A stretch of DNA of 64,000 nt from Octopus sinensis (GCF_006345805.1 NW_021832596.1:43733-107732); one strand, 5' to 3'. Positions 1 to 10,880 are shown, counted from the first letter of the stretch. Program-made: numbers and translations. The notes: generated by a model from the letters alone, not told the origin.

Positions 1-40
1 GATACAATCGTCCACTGGCTTATAAGGAATTCCTTATAAG

Positions 41-112
<72 letters not shown>

Positions 113-353
113 GTATGTATGATAACAAAGCTGGATCAACTCATTAGTATACTTCTGATGGGTGACTTCAACTTTCCACCATCAGAGAGCTGGAAGACAA
201 TATAATCTCAGGAATGGCATGCAAATAGCATAATCAAGCAGAAACTCTACTTGACTCCAGAAAAGTGCTGTTCATGGGGCAAACAATATTCTCTCCAACC
301 AAGAATGATAACGTAGGCCTCTGTTCCATCAACAATGTAGGTCTTATCTACAA

Positions 354-748
354 CTAGCAGTATCACCCGGCGTTGCTCGGGTTTGTAAGGGAAATAACTA
401 TATAAGCATTTTTAGAGAGTTATAGCCAAAAAATAGCAAAAAAATGCATCAAAAATTGAAAAAAAATTAAGGTAAATTTTTTTTAAATCGTTGACACATC
501 GTAGATATTTTTAGAGAGTTACTTCCCTTATATAAAAGCGAAAAAAATGCATTAAAATGGAAAAATATGAGGGTAATTTTTTTTTAAATCGTAGACTCAT
601 CGTAGACGCACGCTAATACCCAGAAGGGCTCGATATGAATCACGACTATAAGATACCCGCTTTTGGTTAAACTGCACCGCAAAATGTGGGAGTAGTTAGG
701 AATCTAAATCGTAGGAGACAGACACACAACTTCACTCTTATATAAAGA
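354..748 (-). mobile_element. Short non-autonomous Helitron supplying the 3' end of the composite
   Basis: Has its own A|TC start at 748 (TCTTTATATAAGAG) and a CTAG end. Shares 5' and 3' sequence with the copy at 25292-25808. Confidence 0.8.
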
Positions 749-1078
749 TGCTTTTTTTTTTCAGTCATAGAGTTAGATTTATGAAGGTCTTCAGTAGAAA
801 ATCCTTCGAATTCTGACTCGCTGCTTGATATAATGAAATTCGTATCCATTTTTTGTGAGAATTACAAATTTTGAAAACACAATAGGAACAAATTTCGGAA
901 AAAAATCTCCCATAATTCACGGAATTAAAATTACACTTCGATTTTTGTACAAAACTGTAGTTGAAGTGTTTACGAAGTATAATACGTGTTTTCACGAATG
1001 TACTAAAGAGATTTGCTCTGATATTCTCATTTAAATATGAATAGGTAAATTCGGGTGGCTTGGTAACGAAAGGGTTAA
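749..1078 (-). mobile_element. piggyBac-like terminal fragment carried inside the composite Helitron
   Basis: TTAA followed by CCCTTTCGTTACC on the minus strand at 1078. Acidic SESEFEGF peptide resembles piggyBac-type N-termini. Truncated at the inner Helitron. Confidence 0.45.
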
Positions 1079-2804
1079 ACGGATGCATACATTTATTAAT
1101 CTCTTATTATAATAACTATATATAAGTTTCATACTGCAATTATATATACATATATCTATATATAATATTATATAATAAAATATATACAGAGTAAAATAAA
1201 AACCAATTTACCTTTTCTGTCCGTCCGTGTGTCTTTGCAAATGTGTTGGAATGATAAGTGAGTTGTGTTTTGGTGCCTTTTTTAATAACAAACACACACG
1301 TGTTTGTATGTAGTTGTATGTGTATGTAGTTGTATATGTATGTGTATGCGTGTGTGTGAGGAATGACACACACACACTCACACACGCACACATGTACATC
1401 AATGCTTTCGGAGTGATATGTTAAAATATTGAGTTTTCTCGAATTTTGTCTTAATTGGTGGTAAAATTCAAAGAAATTTTTTATGGCATCACCCACTGAA
1501 GTACTCTGAAAAATCATGGGTACACTCTAATTGAAGAAATTGTGTGAGGAGTAAATCGTTATGTATGTATTTGTTTCTGTTTGCTGTGTTTTTTTATTTT
1601 TTGAGTAGTGGTTTAAATACTTTCAGTTTAGTCTTCCTCAAATCAGTCTGTCGCTATTTACTTTCATTTTATTCGTTGCACACTGTGTGTGTGCGTTTGC
1701 ATGTGATGTAAACCAGACTAAGAAAAGCATTTGACACACACACCAGAATGTGAGTTTTCTGTAAATTTTGCTTAATTGGAGTTTAAATTTTAAAAACTGG
1801 ACCTGGCATGACCCGATGCATTCTACTCTTAAAAATGCTAGGTAAATTGTAATTGAAGAAATCCTATATTGTAGATTTCTATAAGTGACAAAGGGAGGCA
1901 GATAAAATCTGCCTTTTATACTAAGAGATGTGAAGATATCACCAACAATCTTCCCAGACCACAACAGAACTGACAATGTACAATCCAAAACCAATTACCG
2001 ATGTATTTCACATAGATGGTACCCAAATTCTATCCAGTCTGAACTTCTACAAGGCTGACTGGAAGTCAATTGAAAAAAGGGATTATCCAGCAAAATTGGC
2101 TTCAAAGTTACTCTATGCAAAACATTGGTATGACACTTAAAGAATACATGTCAATAATGCAAGCTATGTACGTTAAATTTGTCCCAGGGAAGACAGCGAC
2201 AACATTCAAAAACATTATTTTTGGAAACAGGAGAGTTCTTTTGAGATGTAAAATCAAGATCTCCAATCACTTACATAAACAACTTGATGACAGCAAGAAA
2301 TCTCTCTTCAAAGGAAGACTTTTAAAGATAAAAAAATAAACTCAGACTCTCCCATAGAAATAGAAACCAGGCTGCTGGAAAATATAAAAATAAATCTTAA
2401 AGCCTTCAACAAGTTCACAAAAGTGTTTGCCTCGGTGCACAAGAGAGGGCCACTGTTTGAAGAAGAAGGCTCACTAACTGCAGATCTCAAGAGGATAAAT
2501 GAAGTACTAAATAAGCACTTCTCCAATGGAAAACATGTAAAGAAGCATTGTAGACCTACATGGAAAATGACAGCCATGATTATATCAATATCAAAGATGT
2601 AACATCAGCCATAGATGGATTACCGACAGTTCTCCTAAAATCAGTTCTCCTAAAATCATGCAAGCTCTTGCAAAATCACTGTGGATACTTTTTCAGAGTT
2701 GTCCCTTTTTGTATCACCTAACTGTCTGGATGTTTTGCATTCTTGTCCCTTTTTTGTATTTTTCATATATAAAAAGATATAGCAGCGTACGTACACATTG
2801 GTCT

Positions 2805-2838
<34 letters not shown>

Positions 2839-2983
2839 AAAAGCATAAAGATTCAAGTTATATTTAAATGAATTTACTTGAATATGGTACCTAACTTAGA
2901 TGCACCAAAAAAACTATACTGTCTTAACAATACAGTAATGTGGGGTGATTATAGCGAGAAAGAAGCAACAAGAATGGATAGGT

Positions 2984-3074
2984 TTTTAGTACAATCGTTT
3001 CATACAAGGACAGGCTTTATTAAAAGTTGTAAAAATTACAGCATATAAACGTGTCCCGTACTCATCAGCTAAAA
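2984..3074 (-). ncRNA. Type I hammerhead ribozyme (mirror copy in the left arm)
   Basis: Reverse complement of the 8025-8115 motif; core CUGAUGA and GAAA are intact. Confidence 0.8.
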
Positions 3075-4537
3075 TACATGTAAGTTCTCTAGACAATCCT
3101 AGTGGTTGAAGCTATACTCATGAAGTAATGTAGATAATTAAGTAACATAAACAGATTCCAAGTTCATTAAAGTTCTTTAAGATGATGTACAGTCTTATCA
3201 CAGAATTTTAAAAAAGTTCTAATAGCATCACAGAGAAGGTGACCTAATCCATAGAGCACATATGAACTTCCAGAGATATGATGAGGGATTACATACTCAC
3301 AGAAGACAAATTTATCCATTGTTAATCACAACGAGGTGGGTCTCAATTCCTGCTTATTAGCATTACAGTGAGGGTGAATTAATCCTTTGTATAGATGCAC
3401 ATTTCCAATGGTGTAGATGTAAGTTTCCAGAGAATGAAGAGGAATTTCATATTCACAGGCGATAAATTTATCAATGGTTGAACACAATGAGGTAGGTATC
3501 AATTCTTGTTATATGATTAGGTATTTGCCACATTAATCACATTACTGCTATTTACAAGAGGCTGTAGCTATTTAACTTTTAAAGGCTGAAGGGCTTTCTA
3601 GAGAGGCCAAGAATAGAAAGGGAAGGGAATAGAAGAAAAGAGAGAAAATAAAGGAGGAGGGAGCAAAAAAAGGGGGGGGGAAAGGGGACTAAAAGAGAAG
3701 AGAAAAGGAAAAAGAGAATAAGAAGAAGAAACAGAAAAAAGAGAAAAGAGAAAGAAATAGGGAAAGAAGGGAAAAAATAAATAAAAATAAAAATAAAAAA
3801 GAGGGTTCTAGTTATACAGACGAATTAGTAGACGGCAAGTCTGGTTTTAATTTACAGGCATCTAGGAACTAGAGGAGAATATTATTCTTTGGCCAGTAAA
3901 ACAGCTAATTTATTGCTGTTGAAATCAGCAATGAATTTTAAGAGAATCTAAAGAGATAACACAGTCAGGGGTTTAGGGGTCAGATGCTAAAATCAAAAGA
4001 AAATACATTAGGAAAATCTAAGTATAATCTTATCAAAAAGTCAATAAAATTTACTTATTTAATTTATTCATTTTATTGTCTTAAGGAGTTGCCGTTATTA
4101 TTCATACATTGACGGACTACAGGTCAAATCTTAGAAGGTCATTTACAAGGTGTTAGGGGATTGTCTATCATAATGAAGATAATCATATTATCACCGAGGG
4201 GGTAGCCTTATTTATTTAATTTTGAAATAGAATTATGGGGCTATAGTATCTCATTTATTTTATTAGAGTTATGCTACTTAAATTAGATTAAGTTGGAATT
4301 AAAATTAAAAATTACAATTAAGATTTAAAATTAAGATTTAAAATTATGAGTTTGAAATTAAATAAAGCCTCAATTAAGCAGCGTATAAGTACTATTCATT
4401 TCCCTGTTCTCAAAAAACTGATGCAGATATAAGGAAAAAGATAACTGTAGTGTGAGAACTCTTAGTTATCTACTTAAAGCAGTGCTATACTAGTAGAAAT
4501 CAAGTTATATCTATCTATCTAGTTACGGCTATTCTAA

Positions 4538-6064
4538 TCATTTAAAATATTTTAAAGTCTTCAATTTAGCGTGGACACAAACTTGACCTAGTTCGATATG
4601 ATTATTCAATAAGTTTCTATGTTTTCTATGCTTTAGAATTTCATACGTCTCCATGGAGCATAGTTGGCAACCAACCCTACTATTTTTATACGGAATTGCT
4701 CTCCTAACTATTTCCCAATTAGGTTATAATTTTTATTATTATTTTTGAGTTCCCAGATTTTGTTTGAAAGTGTGGTGGTACCAGCTTTATGACGTAATTT
4801 AAAAGACGAGATGTGATTTCTAACTCTGGCTAGAAAATTAATTGTACATCCAACGTACATCCAACGTAAAGATATTTGTTATTCTCCGTGGATATGGTAC
4901 ATTTATAGATTACATTATTTTCCCCACATAGACCAGGTGCCGGGCATTTTGATTTTATTCTACACTTACACACAGGAGGAGCAACTTCAGGCTTGGATTA
5001 TTCTTGGGTAGATTTCTTAGGTTCCTATCATTTCTATAGTTGTGCTGATATCTAAAGTATTGCTATTATTTATTGATCCTTCAGCTTCATCATTTAGGTT
5101 TAAAGTCCTACCATGATTTCTTATATTATTGGTAATGTTACTATTATTGTTAGTCCTTTTATCCGACTGCATATTGCTGTTATAATATCACTGATATTTT
5201 CATTCTCCTTATTTTCTCCATTAGCCTTATATCTATTATTTCTATTATTAACATTATTACTTCTATTAAATCGGCATTGTTTATTATTACTATTAATGTT
5301 AATGTTATTAGTCATCTCTGTGGTTACTAATTTCACCTATGTTTTGATAGTTACTATTGTTGTTTTTATTGTTGGTAGTATTATTATAATTGCTATTGGT
5401 ATTCATGCTGATATTATTATTTTTATTTCTATCTTTCCTGGCTAGTTTAATGTTTTTATTATTAATCTTAGCTATTAAGTGGACATATTTGGGAGGGTTA
5501 ATAAGAAATCCTAACTGTTTTCCTAGATATAATTCTATGATATCTATGAGAGATAGGGAAATTTTTTTCCAGAATTACTTTGAATTTGTTCTGTATATCC
5601 GATTGTATCGCACAGTTGAAAGGGATATTCAGCCATAATATATCTTTTTTATTAAATTTAGGGTTCGTAGAATTACTACTACATCTCATTCATCTCACCG
5701 GAGTTATTGTATTTATTACCATTATTTTTATTTTTATTTGTGTGCATCTTAGGTTTATCTACTTCAATATTATCCGAGTTACCTATGTTCTGGTCAATGC
5801 TTCTATTTAAATTGTTGGGCCTGTACGCTAGATTAGCGTTTACCATTAATTTAATTCTACTTTTATTTCGGGCTTGGTCTGTATTGCTGCTTATGTGATT
5901 ACTGATAACTTCATTATTAGGAATACGTGAGTTCCCTTATCAACGAATGTAATCTTTTGGTTGTATCCAGCCTTAGTTAACGCCTCATTATAATGCTCAG
6001 AATGGGAGTTAAATATATCCTTATTGGATGATAATTTTGAAATTCTTAATGAAATATAGGAAAT
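4538..6064 (-). pseudogene. PLE ORF remnant: RT thumb, Asn-rich linker, CxCx5C, GIY-YIG endonuclease
   Basis: ISLRISKLSSNKDIFN..HYNEALTKAGY; KDILWLNIPFN..NFPISHRYHRIISRKTVRISY; CKCRIKSKCPAPGLCGENNVIY..YVGCT; CQLC; CVH. Contains frameshifts. Confidence 0.88.
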
Positions 6065-6557
6065 ATAGGAACCTAAGAAATCTACCCAAGAATAATCCAA
6101 AGCCTGAAGTTGCTCCTCCTGTGTGTAAGTGTAGAATAAAATCAAAATGCCCGGCACCTGGTCTATGTGGGGAAAATAATGTAATCTATAAATGTACCAT
6201 ATCCACGGAGAATAACAAATATCTTTACGTTGGATGTACGTTGGATGTACAATTAATTTTCTAGCCAGAGTTAGAAATCACATCTCGTCTTTTAAATTAC
6301 GTCATAAAGCTGGTACCACCACACTTTCAAACAAAATCTGGGAACTCAAAAATAATAATAAAAATTATAACCTTAATTGGAAATAGTTAGGAGAGCAATT
6401 CCGTATAAAATAGTAGGGTTGGTTGCCAACTATGCTCCATGGAGACGTATGAAATTCTAAAGCATAGAAAACATAGAGAAACTTATTGAATAATCATATC
6501 GAACTAGGTCAAGTTTGTGTCCACGCTAAATTGAAGACTTTAAAATATTTTAAATGA
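6065..6557 (+). pseudogene. Second (inverted) copy of the PLE GIY-YIG endonuclease region
   Basis: ORF 6028-6264 gives CKCRIKSKC..VIY..YVGCT. An 11-bp tandem duplication (6229-6250) frameshifts it. The shifted frame continues INFLARVRNHISSFK..LSNKIWELK; stop at 6555-6557. Confidence 0.88.
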
Positions 6558-8024
6558 TTAGAATAGCCGTAACTAGATAGATAGATATAACTTGATTTCT
6601 ACTAGTATAGCACTGCTTTAAGTAGATAACTAAGAGTTCTCACACTACAGTTATCTTTTTCCTTATATCTGCATCAGTTTTTGAGAACAGGGAAATGAAT
6701 AGTACTTATACGCTGCTTAATTGAGGCTTTATTTAATTTCAAACTCATAATTTTTAAATTCTTAATTTTAAATCTTAATTGTAATTTTTAATTTTAATTC
6801 CTAACTTAATCTAATTTAAGTAGCATAACTCTAATAAAATAAATGAGATACTATAGCCCCATAATTCTATTTCAAAATTAAATAAATAAGGCTACCCCCT
6901 CGGTGATAATATGATTATCTTCATTATGATAGACAATCCCCTAACACCTTGTAAATGACCTTCTAAGATTTGACCTGTAGTCCGTCAATGTATGAATAAT
7001 AACGGCAACTCCTAAGACAATAAAATGAATAAATTAAATAAGTAAATTTTATTGACTTTTTGATAAGATTATACTTAGATTTTCCTAATGTATTTTCTTT
7101 TGATTTTAGCATCTGACCCCTAAACCCCTGACTGTGTTATCTCTTTAGATTCTCTTAAAATCATTGCTGATTTCAACAGCAATAAATTAGCTGTTTTACT
7201 GGCCAAAGAATAATATTCTCCTCTAGTTCCTAGATGCCTGTAAATTAAAACCAGACTTGCCGTCTACTAATTCGTCTGTATAACTAGAACCCTCTTTTTT
7301 ATTTTTATTTTTATTTATTTTTTCCCTTCTTTCCCTATTTCTTTCTCTTTTTTTTTTTCTGTTTTCTTCTTCTTATTCTCTTTTTCCTTTTCTCTTCTCT
7401 TTTAGTCCCCTTTTCCCCCCCCCTTTTTTTGCTCCCTCCTCCTTTATTTTCTCTCTTTTCTTCTATTCCCTTCCCTTTCTATTCTTGGCCTCTCTAGAAA
7501 GCCCTTCAGCCTTTAAAAGTTAAATAGCTACAGCCTCTTGTAAATAGCAGTAATGTGATTAATGTGGCAAATACCTAATCATATAACAAGAATTGATACC
7601 TACCTCATTGTGTTCAACCATTGATAAATTTATCGCCTGTGAATATGAAATTCCTCTTCATTTCTCTGGAAACTTACATCTACACCATTGGAAATTGTGC
7701 ATCTATACAAAGGATTAATTCACCCTCATTGTAATGCTAATAAGCAGGAATTGAGACCCACCTCGTTGTGATTAACAATGGATAAATTTGTCTTCTGTGA
7801 GTATGTAATCCCTCATCATATCTCTGGAAGTTCATATGTGCTCTATGGATTAGGTCACCTTCTCTGTGATGCTATTAGAACTTTTTTAAAATTCTGTGAT
7901 AAAACTGTACATCATCTTTAAAGAACTTTAATGAACTTTGGAAATCTGTTTATGTTACTTAATTATCTACATTACTTCATGAGTATAGCTTCAACCACTA
8001 GGATGTCTAGAGAACTTACATGTA

Positions 8025-8115
8025 TTTTAGCTGATGAGTACGGGACACGTTTATATGCTGTAATTTTTACAACTTTTAATAAAGCCTGTCCTTGTATGAA
8101 ACGATTGTACTAAAA
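8025..8115 (+). ncRNA. Type I hammerhead ribozyme at the PLE pLTR end
   Basis: Stem I TTTTAG(8025-30)/CTAAAA(8110-15); CTGATGA 8031-37; 10-bp stem II 8038-47/8087-97 with one bulge; GAAA 8098-8101; short near-palindromic stem III ACGATTGT; GUA triplet with predicted cut after 8109. Confidence 0.82.
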
Positions 8116-8244
8116 ACCTATCCATTCTTGTTGCTTCTTTCTCGCATATATATATATAATATATATTTAAAATGTGACCGCGTGTGTACCGTTGGCGATT
8201 TTTATTCCTCCGTCGTCCCTTCTTTGGATCTTTCTTTTTCCTAT

Positions 8245-8279
8245 GTTTCTGACGAAGAGCTCCACTCGAAACGTTAAAC
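8245..8279 (+). ncRNA. Minimal hammerhead ribozyme in a short Penelope-type pLTR remnant (~8175-8310)
   Basis: GTTT-CTGACGA-A-GAG(ctcca)CTC-GAAA-CGTT-AAAC. Stem I GTTT/AAAC, 3-bp stem II, palindromic AACGTT stem III as in dimer-dependent PLE hammerheads. Confidence 0.7.
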
Positions 8280-8620
8280 CCTCCTTCTTTCCTTCCTTCC
8301 TGAGTGTCCAATAATACTATATTTGTTCTACTATATTTGTTCTAATTTATATTATGATTTTTATAATTGTATTCTTATCTTATATGTATTGAATTATAAT
8401 GTATATATGTATGCTATTAAGGTTCTCATTTTTGTTAAATGAATAAATAAGTCAACATTCTAATATCTGAAAGCTGATGAACCAACTAAATTGTTTCTCC
8501 ATTTGTATTATAAATATATATATATATAATTAATAATATCAGGGCAATATAGGTTTTAGAAATTTTTACTACCAGTGGCCTAGCATATAGAAAAATTAGT
8601 CAATAGACTATATATTATTC

Positions 8621-8971
8621 ATATAAAATACAGTGTACATTTAAACACATTAAGAGGTTTCCATCATAACAGTTCCTTACGCTAGAAAGAACAGCTAAAG
8701 TCCAAACCACTAATTAGGGATAAATTCTCAAAGGGAATGAAAAATAAAAACATTTACCATCTATTTCCTGGACCATGGTTTCTGACTAATTTTAGCAAAT
8801 AAAATAATTTGCTAGGTGAAGTCCAGGAAATAGATGATAAATGTTTTATTTTTCATTCCCTTCAAGAATTTATCCCTAATTAGTGGTTGGACTTTAGCTG
8901 TTCTTTCTAGCATAAGGGATTCCTGTGATGGAAAACTCTTAATGTGTTTAAATGTACACTGTATTTTATAT
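8621..8971. repeat. Fold-back element / MITE-like inverted repeat
   Basis: Arms 8621-8773 and 8821-8971 are reverse complementary with a few mismatches; 47-bp spacer; TA-CAGTG near both ends. Confidence 0.8.
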
Positions 8972-9189
8972 ACATACATATATATATATAAATATATATA
9001 TACTAGCAATGCACCTTGTCATTGTCTAGGTGTTATGACCTACAGCCACACTATTATTTGTATCTTTTTTTACGGGCAGAATCAGCAGATGAGGAGTATG
9101 AAGCAAAAAACTCTTCTTTATAAACATGTTTATCATAATTTTCTGATGAACAACGCTGCAGTTTCCGTCAACCAAATTCAGTCATAAGT

Positions 9190-9300
9190 CTATGGTTGGC
9201 CTTGGGCTATAGTACAAATCACTTGCTCAAGGTACCATGAAGAGGGATTGAATGTGGAACCATGTGGTTGAGAAGCAAACGTCTCAACCACAGTCATTCT
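9190..9300 (-). mobile_element. tRNA-headed SINE 5' fragment
   Basis: Degenerate match to the head of the SINE copies at 10040-10445 and 30662-31050. Confidence 0.5.
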
Positions 9301-10039
9301 TGCACCTAATATGTGTGTATGTGCGTGAGTTTACCTTTGTTGTTAAATCAAGTACTGTGTCCCGCTATCTCTCAAAGTTAGCAGTTCATCAAGCAGAGAT
9401 CTATAAAATAAATGCCAGATTGAAATACATACTGAGGTCAGTATGATCAATTAAATTTTTAAAGGTTATACCCAATCATGACTAAACCCAATAAAATAGT
9501 GTTTTAAGACTAAATGGTTTCAAATTTAAGGCAATAGATTATTACCACAAGATAATGAGTTCAAAATTTTACATTGAACTTCCACTCCATACGATAATAG
9601 TATATGCACATCTCAGTCTACTTGACTTCCAACAATTAACAATTGTAATTTGAAGTTGAATGGCTAGCAGTCAGAAAGATGTCCAGATTTCTTTAAAAAT
9701 TAGGGTGCAAAATATTCCAAGAAAAAGTACTTTTTTCACCACAACACAACACACACATACACACACGCAGTGGTGTGTTTGTGTTAACTTGAGCTACTAC
9801 AAATAGCAGCCAAATCTCTCTTAAAACACACCCTTTCATCAAAAGTAAGTCACAGATTTACAATATTTCCGGAAGAAAAAAAAAATCTATGCAATGGGTC
9901 TGCTACATCATAGGCAACTCTGGGCTAAACAAAACATAGACAAACATTCTTCACATTAAAAGGTTATATACTAAATAATACTAATAAGTTGATGGTACAC
10001 CTTCAAAGTTTCATTCCCTGGTAAAACTCCATGTATCTC

Positions 10040-10445
10040 TTTTACTCTTTTACTTGTTTCAGTCAGTTGACTGTGGCCATGCTGGAGCACCACCTTTAGT
10101 CAAGCAAATCGATCCAAGGACTTATTCTTTGTAAGCCTAGTACTTATTCTATCAGTCTCTTTTGCCGTACCACTAAGTTACGGTGATGTAAACACATCAG
10201 CATCGGTTGTCAAACGATGTTGGGAAGACAAACACAGACACACAAACATATATACACACATATATATATATATACATATAGACGATGGGCTTCTTTCAGT
10301 TTCCATCTACCAAATCCATTCACAAGGTTTTGGTCGACCTGAGGCTATACTAGAAGACACTTGCCCAAGGTGTCATGCAGTGGGACTGAACCCAGAACCA
10401 TGTGGTTGGTAAACAAACTACCTATCACATAGCTACTCTTATGCC
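10040..10445 (-). mobile_element. tRNA-derived SINE with internal CA/TA microsatellite
   Basis: Minus-strand head AGTAGCTATGTGATAGG..GGGTTCAGTCCC (A/B-box-like). Homologous to 30662-31050. Confidence 0.75.
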
Positions 10446-10746
10446 TATGTATGTTAAACATTTTTTCATTATGCTCTAAAACATAGATTGTTCAGGCAGA
10501 GATGCCTCCTTTAGCTAAAGACCTCAAAATTGTGTGACCCGACCTCATTTTCAATGTTGTCTTTGTAGTAAGGAAGAGTTGTTGCGCAAAAAATACTTTA
10601 TTTGGTAACCGAAATATTACTGAATCTTTTGATACCTCATACATCAACATCAGCGGCTCAGTTTTTGAATGCATAAGGAACATACACACACACTCTTTTT
10701 TATATATTAAGATACATATATATACAAATACATACATACATGCATA

Positions 10747-10769
10747 CATACATATATACATAAATATAT

Positions 10770-10856
<87 letters not shown>

Positions 10857-10880
10857 TATATATAATATATATATATATAA
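10747..10880. repeat. (TA)n microsatellite
   Basis: Visible directly. Confidence 0.95.

Larger units (their letters stand above)
354..1928 (-). mobile_element. Composite non-autonomous Helitron
   Basis: Minus strand starts A|TCTCTTAGTATAAAAGGCAG at 1928 and ends CCCGAGCAACGCCGGGTGATACTGCTAG|T at 354 (hairpin plus CTAG). A|T target, no TSD. Removing it restores the host LINE reading frame. Confidence 0.8.
140..2700 (+). mobile_element. APE-type LINE fragment (endonuclease and downstream ORF2 region), split by the composite Helitron at 354-1928
   Basis: Translates as LLMGDFNF at ~148-175. Joining 353 to 1929 restores the frame NNVGLIY-NVKISPTIFPDHN (APE C-terminal SDH-like motif), followed by LNFYKADWKS and ORF 2070-2339. 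Confidence 0.75.
2954..8145. mobile_element. 5'-truncated Penelope-like element (body on minus strand, 6064 to 2954) with an inverted copy of its 3' ~2.08 kb (6065-8145), forming a large inverted repeat
   Basis: Arm 2954-5028 is the near-exact reverse complement of 6065-8145. The 1036-bp spacer (5029-6064) encodes PLE RT-thumb/linker peptides on the minus strand. Confidence 0.92.

Noticed and set aside
19-40. Perfect 22-bp palindrome CTTATAAGGAATTCCTTATAAG
   Set aside because: Explained by a short tandem duplication of a self-complementary word beside a TA microsatellite; no other support.
3270-3440. ATGATGA/ATGAAGA motifs resembling a C box or hammerhead core
   Set aside because: No matching D box, or GAAA with supporting stems; antisense to the element.
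5113-5445. Hydrophobic 110-aa + strand ORF resembling a membrane protein
   Set aside because: It is the antisense reading of the Asn-rich PLE linker.
8474-8500. CTGATGA followed by a short possible stem
   Set aside because: The GAAA half of the hammerhead core is missing.
9003-9030. CTAG with a decayed hairpin, a possible Helitron 3' end
   Set aside because: Too degenerate, and no matching 5' end identified.
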